Shown: one piece after another, positions 14,212 through 26,990 of the stretch
Numbering within the stretch: position 1 is the stretch's first letter
Layout: the number at the start of each line of letters is the position of its first letter
DNA from: Takakia lepidozioides
Taxonomy: Eukaryota > Plantae > Bryophyta
Reading direction: 5' to 3'
DNA: 64,000 bases
Assembly (NCBI GenBank): GCA_030704615.1
Contig: CM060732.1
Span: 71,300,001-71,364,000 of the forward strand
Position numbers and translations under genes: made by a program
Notes under the pieces: model-generated
What the model was told of the DNA's origin: nothing
The model's input: the letters and a program-made list of their open reading frames with translations, nothing else
Database searches by the model: none

Positions 14212-14587
14212 TAAAGTTATCCGTTAAGTCCAGGGGATGCACGTTGAATTCGGCAAGATTTGATCAAAAGACAGGGTGGACAGGGTGGAAGTGGGCCCAC
14301 AAAGTACAAGCCAGATAAAGAGGGGCCCAAACTCAAAATAGCAAGAAAAACCAGCCCAAACGTGTTTGATCCCGTCTTCCTCCGCGCGGCGCCCCGTGCT
14401 GAGACACATGGATGAGCCTGACGCGGGGCCATGCTCCCATCCTAACTGGCACAAGGCCATGCCACTTTGTTCCTCTCTAGTCCCAGTTTACTCTAGTCCT
14501 GCCCATTTTACTGGACTGAACGGACAGGCTCAAATTGCCGGGATGGATCAAAAGGTCAAAGAGGGCAGAACTTAACGGATAACTTTA
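14212..14587. mobile_element. MITE-like element with terminal inverted repeats
   Basis: Perfect 18-bp inverted repeat TAAAGTTATCCGTTAAGT (14212-14229) / ACTTAACGGATAACTTTA (14570-14587). The outer TA could be the target duplication. No recognisable coding content. Confidence 0.6.
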
Positions 14588-14625
14588 TTATCTGTCCTCT
14601 TTTTATCGTCTTTTCTCTTACCCCC

Positions 14626-15174
14626 TTAACCCCTAAAGGACGAGCCCATTTTTGGTGGGCCCATTCCAAAACCGAACATGCCCTCATGTTTGAGGCTATA
14701 TCTGACATTTGACAAACATCCAGGGGACGAACCCTATGAAAGTAATCCTACCTACTTCAAGAACCTGCTGTAAAAATTTCAGTTGACCGTGTCATTACGA
14801 AGATTATAACAAAATGCAAGCTGTAAATGTTTACTGTGCTCTAGTTTTGGAGTGAAAAAATGGTTTGACCAAGCAATTGGCATGGTAAAATGAATTTTAG
14901 TGGGTTGGGGAGTCACTTGCTTCCCTTTGGTGATAACTACAACATGTCAATTTCCTAGTAAAATCTTCTTGGTAAATTTTCTGAGGTTTCAATTATCCCT
15001 CGGAAGTTCCTCAAAAACACTATGCTAGCATGTAACTGGCTGCCAATTCTCCCCGTTCATTGATGTGCACCATTTAGCTTCAGGGTTCACTTCCATCCAC
15101 TGTCTTCCACAAAACTACACCTGGATGAAATATGGAGCGGGTTGATTCAGGTCGCCTCTTCCTTTAGGGGTTAA
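14626..15174. mobile_element. Non-autonomous piggyBac-type element (TTAA-flanked)
   Basis: TTAA|CCCCTAAAGGA (14626-14640) and TCCTTTAGGGG|TTAA (15160-15174): perfect inverted ends starting CCC, bounded by TTAA. Confidence 0.65.
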
Positions 15175-15939
15175 TTTGCGGATATGTACACAACATCCTA
15201 TGTGAAAATTGAGTTGGGTCCCAAAAATTAAAGAGTTTCGAGAAATTTCAGCTGCAATAATGCCCCAGGTTTGTGTCAGGTGTGAAGATTAGAGGGTGGT
15301 CCACGAATTAAAAAGCGGGGGCATGTAGTAAGCTACATAGCGATTTGAATAAATATCCGTTGTTTAACCCCTAATGGATAACGCGAACCGTTTCGGGTCG
15401 CGTCAAAAATCAGAAATCGATTTGCCATGATGGGAAATCGTTGGATTACCTCGGATGAAACAACTTTCTGAATGAAAGTTGTGCGCCGTGACGTCACGCA
15501 CCTGCCTGTCTTTATGGCACCCTAAAATAATAAAAACACTGCCATCAATAGTTTTTTTTTTTAGTGTGCAGGGGTACCCAATTCAGGGCTCTCCAGCAGC
15601 TTTGACCTACCGACGTGGCAGGATATGGGTGGCCTATACCATGAAAATTCATTTTGCATGTAGATAGGTTAGAAAATTCATCTATGCATGTAGATAGGTT
15701 AGAATGCTTCCAATTTTTTTTATGGTAGTGAGATTCCACGCACAGAACAATGTGACGAGAGGAATTCACCTTGTGATGAAAATTTGGACACATTTGAGGC
15801 AGATTTGGGGTCAATTGTAATGGATGGTCTTTTTGACCCACCTATTTTCCAATACAAAACAACCCTCATGTGGTTTTGGAATTTTGGGCCAAGGTGCTGT
15901 ACATGCCAGACAATTATGCTGGAGTGACGGGCCACTTGT

Positions 15940-16960
15940 TGTTGAGCATAGCCCCTCAAATAGGTGGGAGCCACTTCCACCCGATCCTCGTCACTCAACT
16001 TGGCCGCCCGAAAGTACTGCTCTAGCTCCAAGAGCCAGGTGTTGAGTGGCTTCCGATTTCGGACGCCCTCGAAGGTGTCGGGTTCCTTAGGCTTCACCTT
16101 AAACTTTGCCTTAGTGGAAGTGGCATTAGCCGCCTTCAACACGTCTTTCAACGTTCCGCCAAACTACGCCAACAATCATTCTCAAAATGCTACTGGCATG
16201 GGAGACATCTGTTGGTTTGTCGGAGCTCTCAAGGATTCCTCGGATTCCGACTCCTCAAATTCCTCCCGTTCTTGAGCGGCCTCATTTTCAAAAGCATGCA
16301 TCGCTTCCTCAAATGGCCGCTTCGGTGACACGTCGCCCCCATCGGGCTCACCAGGATCCTCATCTTTCGGGTCGTTCCGCTTTCACTTTGGCTTGCCTGA
16401 CCCCATGATGAGGCCGATCCCAAGGACGATCGCGTACTGAACTCTAAGCTCTGATACCAAGTATCGCGCACCTCACTTCAGTAAGCTCTCCTTCAAGTCA
16501 TAGTTACTCGCTTTGATGCGCGCGCCTAACTCCCAACCTGGCCGCCGGGCCAACTCGGAGCTTCGGCTGCTCATCGGGATATAACGGTCCTCCTTTACTC
16601 TTCCAAAAGACCCTCCACCAATTTGGGCTTAGTGGAAATCCCCTTTGGTAGATGGCAGTCCGGATTAGCTCCCCACTCCTTGGTCGCTTTCCGGCTCGCT
16701 CGCTTACTCACTAGTTTTTAGTCACCAACGGGCTTGCACCGTTCTCGGGGTTACTACTCCCTATATATACTTCTGTGATTGTCCGCGGGGGTTTCACAAA
16801 CAACCATGTCATTTTATGGCGAACCACCACGAAGACCCTCGATTCCCGGTGATGAGTCGCGGTGAGTCTTGGCCCACCCACCACGGCCTCATTGGACCGT
16901 GATGTCTCCCAAGACTCTCCCACGACTCCCCCCACAAGGTCTCCGCCCCATGGTGAATCA
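15940..16960 (-). mobile_element. Truncated Ty3/Gypsy fragment: LTR remnant, tRNA-iMet PBS and gag N-terminus
   Basis: Minus-strand PBS TGGTATCAGAGC (16448-16459). Gag motif KPKEPDTFEG...WLLELEQYF...VAPTYLRGYAQQ. TATA-like ctatatatac at ~16761. LTR boundary approximate. Confidence 0.7.
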
Positions 16961-19900
16961 TATGTCACCCCCACTAAGTCCAGCTAAGCTACCACCACCC
17001 CTTGTGGAGCCACCCCCCACCGCAACCCGGTGAAATATGCATCCCAAGTCATTTAAAAAGTAAATCATCTTACGTCTATTAAAATGACAATAAAATAAAG
17101 TTGGATTTGGTGGGGTGAGGCAGATTGTAGTTGCAGATGTGAACCGGTTGTTATGTAAGTAGGCTGCCAAGGAAAATGAGGGCTACTCCAAAGGAATCCC
17201 TAGATATACGCCACCATCTCGATAGGCTAGCCGGTTCCGTCAGTTGGTACAAAATAGATATCATTGCACCTACATAGATTACGAGGGCGAGATCTCCAGA
17301 CGGCACAAGTCGGTAGGATTTGGCGGGGACCCGCATCTGGCTAGCAATGCCAGACTAAGCACTCATTACTCAAAGAAAAGAGGAATTCATTAAAAACCAC
17401 CATTCCGAGTCATTATGTATCATGCCGACGTGGTTTCTTCTTTTAATGTCTGGTTTCTTTCTTTGTCTACCGATATGTCTAAAAGGTGCTGCTAATTGGG
17501 GCTGCCGTCTCTCATGCTTGCATCTGGCGTTATCTTGCGTGTCGATAAATTTGTCACTTATTTTAGGGATCATCTAGTAATTGTTTATGTTTGTGCTCTA
17601 GCATCTCGGTTTCGCGACAATTCTAGTACTACTCTCTTACTTTGTGCTTTTATGTTAATGCATTGCTTTCTAGTTCTCTTCTAGATTATTATAAAGGCTT
17701 CAATATTGGAGTGATTGTCTAGTCAAACTGTGAAGAAGCTAAGAGTGCATAGAGAGACCTGTCCATTGATCAGTTGGAGGTAATGAAGCATGTTTGGAAC
17801 TTCTGTCAATTCGAATCAAGTCCGAATACAAGACTATTGAATTGGTAAGTCATATCATTCTATGTCACATTGTGTAAGCTGGAAGTATTGGTTAATTGGT
17901 TGGTTTGAAGGATTCCGCTCATGTCCTCTAAGACTCTCATTTGTATCACATAACACCACCAATCAATTTTTGGTGAGAGTGAAGATGTGTGGTTTTTTTT
18001 TCACACACGAGCGCAGAGCTGCCTAACATCTCAGAGATGCAGCCTCAGCAGACAAGACGTTTGTCGTTGGCTCGTTTGTGTTTGTTCTTGAGGACGCCTC
18101 CCTTAGTGTTGATGAAAATTGACCATGTGCTCTTTCTTCTCTTGATATCGTTTGTCATATTCTCTGTTCTATGAACGGTTTGGGTCCTACTCTAATTTCT
18201 TAAGAGGTGTAAACGTACATCCATGAAGGACTTCCAAAGGAGCTAAAAAATGACCACTGTACCAATCAAGAAGAAATCCGTTGCAATTTTATTTTTTAAT
18301 GATACCAAGGATGAATTCTTAGGAAGCCATGATCCTAGCTTGGAACTAAATTTCAAAAGTGAAAGGAAGTTGGATCCGTGACTATGATGTCATACTAGCC
18401 TACTTAGATAAAAGTCAATTATGGATCTAAGCAAAGCTGGATTTAATAGCAAAAATATAATAGGTGTCCACCAAGACATATAGAGCAGAGAGTGAGTTTT
18501 AAGGGCAAGAAAAGAATGTGGGAATAACTAACAGGTCGGCTTAGGCGTTATTAGTTGTTTGAGCATTTGCTATAAATGTAACATTGTGAATGTGTTGGTT
18601 GTAGGTTTCTGTAAGATATTCTAGAAAAACGTTGAACATTTATACATCCATGCACAAAGGGCTAGCACCATCATTGGAGTGCTAATAACTAGGGCAGGTA
18701 AGGCCTCAACTATCACTCCTAGTTCCTCCAACTCATGTGTATAACATTATTAATTTGGTGATTTGCAAGGAGTCTGTCAAGTTTTTTTAGTATGTTTTCT
18801 CTTTAATACACTGGGTGTTGTAAGGGAATATATTTTGGAGGTGTAATTTGTTCTTCTCAATAGGAAGAGTTGTTGCATATCATTGGAAAGAACGATTAGT
18901 AATCTAAACTCCAATGTGTTACAATGCAATGACCAGCTCAAATATATTCACCTGCTCAATATGACCATCCAATATTCACCTGAATATGAATATATGATCA
19001 GCTATATATTCACCTGATGACCAGGTATCAATATGACCACATGGGCCATGGGCAATGCTTTAGGACGGTGAGAGGTTATACCACCAAGTTTGTGTCCGTC
19101 ACTGTGCATCATTTTTGTAGGTGGAGAGCCCAGCTGCGGGGATCGGACTCTGCAAATTAATTCATCAAAGATGAATCTAGCATGTTTGGTTGCATGCACT
19201 GCCATGGAGGGCTCTACGCACTCCTTCCGCATGAAAGACTCTTTTCAGATCCGTTCGATTTTTGTTGACATAAAAGATGGTGCATGTGGGATGAACAATT
19301 GCTGTTGGGCCAAACATCCCGAATCCACCCCAATAGAAACAACAGATGTGGTGGATGTCTGCAAGGATGCTCCGGCTATCTCCGATACAAATCATGCACC
19401 TCGGCTGACACGGTGCCACGCCGTTCGCAGGAATTGTAGCGTCTTTAAGAACTGGACATTTGAGGAGGTTGAAATTGCATGACGGCAACAGTTGTTCTAA
19501 GTTTAGTTGAGTACTAAGTGCTTATAGATGTTGTGTATTTATTACCTCTTTCTAGTCTGGGCAATGATCTCTCTTGGAGTACAATGTTCATTTTCTTAGT
19601 CAAGGTTGTGATACTTCGCTTGGATGTCCATATTGGGAATGTTCCACCCATACTGTCATCTTTGGAGAAGGTGTGGCAAAGCCTTAAAGTCGACTTAAAT
19701 AACATGTTTTCAGCCTTCACCTCAAATGCTAGGCTTGCTTACTATTTTGTTAGGATAATATCATGTATTTCCTTATGCGCTCTAGAGTTGTGCTAATATG
19801 TAATTTACATTAGTACTTATTTATCATTAGTGTATATGTACATAATATGAATGCAATGTTTGTATGTAGTTGGAAATAACAACAATTCTATGGGCAATGC

Positions 19901-20371
19901 CACCAAGTTGTATCTTGTACTTAATATATAATGCATCTAACTTATGTTTACAATCATGTCTTCTAAAGTGCGTAACTTATACCAAGGAACGGACAATCAC
20001 AGTGTGCGGCCGGTGGTGTGAACATTGAATCTTCCACACTTTGGACTCTTGATTTTTTATATTATCGTAGCAAAATGTGTCAACATTAGTTATAAACAAG
20101 GCAATGGTTCTAGCTCATGAACTAGGTGTATTTCATTATTTGCAATATTCTACAGCTTTGCATTTTGGTAGCTTCTATTTGTTGATTGTCAAATCTCATA
20201 TGTTATGGTTGGTTGTCTATTAATTATTGGAAGTCTCATTTCCAAGCTGTCAACTAGTATAGTGATGAGGCCCAAGGAGAATACCCTAATTAAATTGATT
20301 TTGGGAATACAAATATAGGATGAGGACATTAGTAGGTCCATCAATGAATTTCAATGGATACTTGAACCATT

Positions 20372-20719
20372 TGTCATGGTTTTGTTTGTGATTAGTTAGA
20401 AATAGTTATTTCTAACTAATTAGGACATTATACATTTATATTTGTATTTTGTTGGCATTGGGACTTCATTTGGTTCCATGTGCCAAGTGAGGTGGCGAAC
20501 CTCACTTGGGACGTGGGGAGGTTATCTCCATGTGAGACGTAGGCAGGCTCGTCTTCTTCTAGTCGAGCCTCCCGAGGCCTCTCTCGCCACCATAGCTCTA
20601 GTACTTGAGATGGAGAGTGGGTGAGGTCTGTATGGTGAAGTCCTTTAGCAAATGTGCCATTGGCTTGACTTATATAACGTGATAGAGTGGTTTCTTCTCT
20701 TTTCACCATTTCCGTATCA
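20372..20719 (+). repeat. Terminal repeat A1 (LTR-like, TG...CA)
   Basis: Matches 30787-31134 with about 7 substitutions in 348 bp (counted by eye). Confidence 0.95.
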
Positions 20720-20731
20720 CTAGAAGAAGAC
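20720..20731 (+). promoter_or_regulatory. Putative self-priming primer-binding site
   Basis: CTAGAAGAAGAC immediately follows A1 and is the exact reverse complement of GTCTTCTTCTAG inside A (20551-20562; 30966-30977). No TGG-type tRNA PBS is present. Confidence 0.7.
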
Positions 20732-21595
20732 CTGCTTACATCTATGAGTGCAAGGTGTTAGCATAGTTAACACTTGTGTGTGGAAGAGAGTTTGATAGAT
20801 AGCTCTTAAGTTACAAGGTGTTGCAGGGTTTGCAAGAAGAAAGCATTGTGGTGTTTATGTACAAGAGGAGGTCTTCAAGGAGAGCCCCATTGAAAAGTTT
20901 GAGAGCTTGTGAAAAAACTCTTGTTCTGCAAGTGTTGCAGGGTTTGAGGACTTCAAGAAGAGCTCGGGTGTTAAGGAAGCAAGCGGTGCATGTGTGGAAC
21001 ATGGTTTCAGCTTGTGGGAGTCTTCAACTTCAAGCTTAGAAGAGCTATGAGTGGAGGTAGACATCTGATTTCTCTTTGGGGCAGAATAGTGTATTTGTAG
21101 AGCATGCTTTGAGTTGGGGTTTCAATCCCAAGCTTGGGAAGAGCATGTCTATGGAAGTGGCAAGTGCAGGGCTGGATTATGAGCTCTAAGAGGTGCACTA
21201 TGGCCATGGAAGGAAGCACTATGAGTGCATGCGATGGCTAAAAGATGGTATGTCATAGAAAGCTCAATAACTTGTTCTACACTTGTTTCAATAAGTTCTA
21301 TAGAGAAAGAGAGCTTGTTGTGTGGCAAATAGCTTGCTCAGGGAGTTAGAGGCACTCTTGGTGGTCTATTGATGCTCAAGAAACCAAGAACAACACCTCT
21401 GGTTGCTCCATAGAAGCCATAGCTCGTTGCAGCAATCGCAGAGGCAAAGCGGCGCAAACCCTTGGAAACGCTTGGAAACGTGTGAGAACGCTTGGGAACT
21501 CCTTGCGAACTCGTGGGAACGCATAGGAACGCATGGGAACATTGCCCTAGAGTTGGGAGCACCACCATTGTCCAATCGGATGAACTATTGAGCCA

Positions 21596-21910
21596 ATGGA
21601 TAAAAATCGGCGCTCCTGGATGAGAATCGGTTGCAGTGGATGAAACTACGCCAGAGGATGAAATCTTGTCAGCGGATGAACTATCGCGCTATCGGATGAA
21701 AAAGACGGATGAAACTGCGTCAGCGGATGAAATCGTGGCAGCGGATGAACTATCGTGCCATGGATGAAAAATCACGGCGACGGATGAAACTGCGCCAGCG
21801 GATGAAATATAGGACCAGTGGATGAAATATCGCACCGACGGATGAAGTATCGGACCTGCGGATGAGAAATCGCGGTTTTTGATGAAATTTGGTCAGTGAC
21901 GGATGAAAAA
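21596..21910 (+). repeat. Degenerate ~20-bp tandem array centred on GGATGAA in the element 5' region
   Basis: About 15 recurrences of (c/t)ggatgaa at roughly 20-bp spacing. Confidence 0.8.
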
Positions 21911-21929
21911 TCGACTGACTATGGATATT

Positions 21930-22520
21930 TTTGGAGCCTTCTGGGGCCTGCTTTGAGGACTATTTGGGTCTATTGAGGCCAATATCTTGCAGGTATTGGG
22001 GCCTGCTTGAGGACTGTTTGGGGTCTATTGAGGCCAATATTTTACAGATATTGGGGCTTGCTTGAGGACTATTTGGAGTCTATTGAAGCCAATATCTTGC
22101 AGGTTTGTGGAGCCTGCTTGGGGCTGTTTGAAGGACTATTTGAGGTCCTTCGAGGCCAATGTTTTGCAGGCCTGTGGAGCCTTGTGAGGGCTGGTTGGAG
22201 GACGATTGGAGGTCCTTGGAGGCCCATATTGGGCGGATTTATGAAACTTTCTAAGAGCTCTTTGGGGGACTATTGGAGGTCCTTGGAGGCCAATACTTGG
22301 CAGATTTGAGGAGCTTCTTAAGGGCTGTTGGGGACTATTGGAGGTTTTGGAGGCCAATACTTGGCAGATTTGAGGAGCTTCTGTTGGAGGACGGTCCTTG
22401 GAGGCCAATACTTGGCAGATTTGAGGAGCTTCTTGAGGGCTGTTTGGAGGACTCTTGGAGGCCATATTGGGCAGGCTTGTGGAGCCATTGTGAGGGCTGG
22501 TTGGAGACCTTGGAGGCCAC
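21930..22520 (+). repeat. Degenerate ~50-65-bp tandem array in the element 5' region
   Basis: Recurring gaggccaata(t/c)ttg(g)cag...gagc(c/t)t...gaggactatttgg units. Confidence 0.8.
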
Positions 22521-23294
22521 TAATTGGCGGGCGCCTAGGGCCTTTGGTGGACTGTTTAGAGTCCAAGTTTGCAAACTTCTTGAACCTCGGTGGGTCTATG
22601 TGAGGGGCTGATTGAGGGCAGATTTCAGAAGTTCATGGCAATAATTTGAGGACTCTTGAGAGTTATTTGAGAGGTTCTTTAAGGATAGTCTTATCTATTG
22701 CTTGAGCAAGAGTGAGTGTGAAGATATGGGGAGTAATGGGATGAGAGCATTCTGGGCTTAGAGATTGCTTTAGCTTCTCTTCTCTATAGTCTTCCATCAT
22801 TCTTGTAGGCCAAAGCTTTTCCGTAAGTGGAGGCAGAGCTAGTTTGGATAGAGACGTGACAATTTTGCAGGTTTATTGAAGCCGCAAGGAGATCGATTGA
22901 TTTAAGCTGTGGGAGGTGTTGTTGTTTGAGTTTCCTGTGTTTGGATCCTCCTCCCACACATGCATGCTTGACTGTGCGCCATGCTAGTTTGGTTTGGGCG
23001 CTTGCTTTTATAGGTGGTTGTGCCGGAAATATTGTGGCCGGCCAATCCTAGAGTGCTGTCGGTGGTGAGGCTGGGGTGATGACCAATAGACCATCATTGT
23101 TTCTCTTATGGTGAGGCTGGGTTGATGACCAGCAGACCATAGGAGTACCTGCGGTGGATGCAGGTGCAGGTGCAGGTTCATAATATGAACCTAGTATTCC
23201 AAACCATAAGCCGCAACATGTTCTCTACCCGGTTACCTTGTGGAAAGGGGGATTAGAGACAGGTTGATAGCCGGTTTGAGTGTGAGTTTTCATC

Positions 23295-24594
23295 ATGGAG
23301 GTGCCACCAGTTGCTGAGGAGAGTGCCGGTACGAGCACCAGCGATACTAGTGGGTATACAAGACGAGGTGTGCGGTTTAGGCCACCTTCACCTTCAGTGT
23401 CTTCTGAGGAAGGTTCAGACTCAGAGTTAGGAGGATTCTCGCCGAGGGTGCAAGCATTTCCGTGCCATTGTTGTGGGATACGATGGAGGAAATGTATGGA
23501 GCTACCAAGGGGCCACGTCGGTACTCGGGAGCTGTGGGCACCATCGAGCTTGATGATTTCATACAGGAGTTTGATAGTTGGTGTGATTTGCAGCAGATGC
23601 GCAATCCACAACTGTTTACGCCTTTTATGGCGTGGAAGGGGCTGTTTCAGCACCTTGAGGGGCCGCCTATGGATGACTACCATGAGTTTAGGCGGGGAAA
23701 TGAGGTGGAGATTGAGGAGTGGCGACAATATTGGTCACCTGACTATGTCTCCATCACTAGAGGCACAAGGGCAGCGGCGATACCAGCAGCTACACCAACA
23801 TCCCCAACTGCAAGCACTAGTAGTGGGACAAGTAAAGATGGAGCTGGGAAATCCACTCAAGCTCCTGCTGTAGCACCAGCACTCGTGCCTGCCTTTAACC
23901 CAGTTGTGGAGTTCTTCGAGGAGTTGAGGAGAAACTACCAGGGGATAAGGACGGAGAAATTGCGGAGCTTGCAAGAGTTCCAGCGCAAGCCTACTGAGAG
24001 TTTGATGGAGGTTTACACGCACATGAGGCGATTGATAAATGTAACCCAAGGGGTTACGGAAGCTCAAGCAGTCCAATTCTGGTATGGGATATTGGACAAG
24101 GAGCTGAGGAGAAGGGTGCGGGATGCAACTCTCCTACAAGTGGACCAACCCACCTTAGCAAACGTGTTTTTGCTGGCAGAGCGGATAGAGCTCAATATGG
24201 TGGAGGAGCGAGTGTCATGGTGGGGTTTGGTAAGGAGACACAACGAAGTGGGGCTCCTAGCCAACAACAACCACTACCCCAACGTGCTCAAGGCAACAAG
24301 GGGGCTCAGGCGAAGCCCAGGGAAGGACAGAGAGGATCTCAATTGCAGAGGTCATTTCCTTCATTCTCAGGCCAACAACAGTCGGGTGTGACATGTTGGG
24401 ATTGTGGAGGACCCCATGTTAAGAGAGATTGCCCGGAGAGAGGCAAAGGGCCGACACAGGCACAGCCTACACAACTACAGTGTGGGCATTGTGGCAAGTA
24501 TGGGCATGAAGAGGCCCATTGTTATGACTTGCATCTTGAGCTACGGCCAGGCAGTTCCAAGGGAACAATGGTGGCCGAGGACGAGGCAATGTAG
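23295..24594 (+). pseudogene. Gag with two CCHC zinc knuckles
   Basis: Retrotransposon-gag-like core (LRSLQEFQRKPTESLMEVYTHMRRL), CWDCGGPHVKRDC and CGHCGKYGHEEAHC. Frameshifts near 23460 and 24215. Confidence 0.85.
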
Positions 24595-25199
24595 TCCAGA
24601 GAGGTAGAGGAGGTAGAGGTCGTGGTGGAGGTCGTAACCAAAACCAATGAGCACAAGGTCAAGGTCAAGGTCAAGGTCATGACCAAGACATGGTGGATAG
24701 GCTTGCCCAGCTAGAGCAACGTCTTGCTGCCATGGCCACTACTAATGTGGCGTATTTTGATCCACAAAAGGGGGAAGCAAGTTGACAGACAAGGCTTCCA
24801 CAGTCTTTCACATTGGCTGAGACAGTGCCAACTATGCCATCGATGGTACCCGCTCGCCCAAGTGTGTCAGAGGTAGAGCCACGAGTACCAGTGGGGAGAG
24901 TTGGTGTGGCTCGGGAAATGCCAATGGGTGGTGCTGCAAAGCAGGGTGCACCAGTACATTGTTGGGGGCGGCTACGGTTTGCCAAGCTCCATTGTTTTCT
25001 GCGATGACCATTGCAATGCCGAGGATTCGGCAGCTGCTGTGTTCAGACTAGCAGCTAGACTCTGTGAGAGTGGTGATGCATCGGCACTATCTGCGGGGAT
25101 AGCGGATAATGTGCAGTGCATGGATGTCATGGACTCAAGGGTGAAGACAACCACAGCTGCACCATGGCAAGCGGCAGCTGCAAGGTTGCAGGAGTTGTC

Positions 25200-25640
25200 A
25201 GCTAGACCAGCCATTGAGCATAGTATGGTGACTTCTGGGGTAGTCCTGGTGGACAATCATGATGGTGTGTTTCAGTTGGGTGGCCCAGCCGGGAGGAGGT
25301 ATAGGCCACTACGGGTCTTGTTGGACTCGGGAGCACAGCCATTGATGTTGGGAAGAGCAACAATTGTAGGCTTAGGCCTTACAGAGGCAGATTTGGAGCC
25401 TTGCCTTTTCCAAATTCAAACATCTTTGGGTGGTTCAGAGAAGACACGAGGGATTACATGTCATGAGCTCTTCATTCGATTGCAGCCAGATCATCCTACA
25501 GATGGCTCAGTCATGAGCGCTAAAGCCATTGTTACGGACGCGATGTCCATGAGCTTGTTGGTGGGCTGTGTTATACCCCATGGACTTTACTTTGGACTTT
25601 GGGGAGGAAACGGCGTCCTATAGGCCGGAATGGCAGTCAG
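25200..25640 (+). pseudogene. Retropepsin-type aspartic protease
   Basis: Active-site motif LRVLLDSGAQ (~25310-25340), followed by a degenerate 'DVLVG'-type motif. Confidence 0.85.
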
Positions 25641-26009
25641 GAGATGGCCGACGTGCACTGCTCCCAGTGCGGTTTATTGGGAATGCAGCGGTGGATCATA
25701 GGAACATGATGCCCACATTGGCTGCATTCTCAAGGGTGGTGGCTTGGGGTGGTGAGCTCTTGGAGAGCAATAGCCATGCAAATGATAGGCTATCACCTGA
25801 TGAGGACAAACAATTGGCATACAAGGCTGATTTGCTTCCTCATGTGCCTATGCATATTCCACTGTGGGGTACGGTTGGGAATTTGCATCGAGTAGCAGGC
25901 GAGTGTGTGCACCAAGCATGGCAGGAGGCCTTTCCATTGGTGAGTGAGGGGAGTTCAGTGACATCACCTGGACCTCCTAAGTTAGCTCCTTTGGACACGG
26001 TGCCCATTA

Positions 26010-26990
26010 CCTGGCAACCACCTGACTCAGGGATTTGTTTGCTAGACCTGTTTGGAGGCATGAGCACTGGGCTTGCAGGAGTGTTGCAAGCAGGGATTAA
26101 AGTAGGCAAGTACTTGTATGTGGAGAAGGATGAGATAGCTTGGCGTATTTCTATGCGCCACATCGCCTTGCTCGCACACCAGTATCCTGAGTTGTTGTCT
26201 CTCTCAGCAATTCAAGGGTATCAAAAGGCCTTACCAGCAGACATTACCTTGCTGGGGGGCGGACGATTTGGACCGGCATGGTTCCATTGACTTGGTGATA
26301 GCTGGATGGCCTTGCCAATGACACTCTTCCGCAGGTCATGGGAATGGCTTGCATGATGCACAATCGCATTTGTTTTGGGAGATATTGCGAGTGTTGCGGG
26401 ACTTGTAGACGAGGCAAATGCAACCTCTAGGCTACATCTTGGAGAATGTTCCTCTTATGGGGGATTCTTGGGCCAGGGTAATGGCCAGTGTGCATAAGGT
26501 GCGGTCTTGGATTGGATCGGCGGTGCTATTGGATGCAGCAGCGGTGGGATCACGCACACATCGACCTCGATTATGGTGGACCAATCTTGCACCACCAGAG
26601 CTGCTCAAGAGAGCATATGATTCCATTCAACAGCCACCCAATCTCATAGTTGAGGGCATTTTGGACCAAGGGAGACAACCACAGAGGGTGCGACATGATG
26701 ACCGTCCACCTCTGGCGGTGGTCAATCGAGTAGGGCAGCCACGTTCGGCTTTGCCTACGCTCATGAGCTTTCCCTTGTCTCATGCTTTTCGAGACAATGG
26801 TCCTGGATTGATTTGGGATAATGTGCTACAACAATTGGTGGAGCCCAATGCGGATGAGCGAGAGCGGGCAATGGGTTTTACCACGGGCACTACCGATGTG
26901 CCAACTCTGTCAGAGGTATCACGCCGCCAAGTGTTGGGTCAAGCAATGGATCTAAATTGCTTGACATGGATAATTGGCTTGTGCATGGCT
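26010..26990 (+). pseudogene. DNMT3-like C5 cytosine methyltransferase domain (retroelement-borne, copy 2)
   Basis: I: ICLLDLFGGMSTG; II: KYLYVE; IV: IDLVIAGWPCQ (PC 26310-26315, then a premature TGA); VI: YILENV; VIII: SRTHRPRLWWTNL; IX: ERERAMGFTTGTTD; X: SRRQVLGQAMD. Confidence 0.92.

Noticed and set aside
18200-19800. hAT-like transposase relic on the minus strand
   Set aside because: Only scattered weak words; no ordered catalytic motifs could be supported.
21596-22520. CRISPR-like repeat-spacer array
   Set aside because: The units are degenerate tandem repeats without unique spacers, in a eukaryotic context with no cas genes.
26010-26990. Host DNMT3/DRM gene or bacterial restriction-modification contamination
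   Set aside because: It is intronless, embedded between PR and RT, and present in two element copies. No restriction enzyme or prokaryotic context is present.
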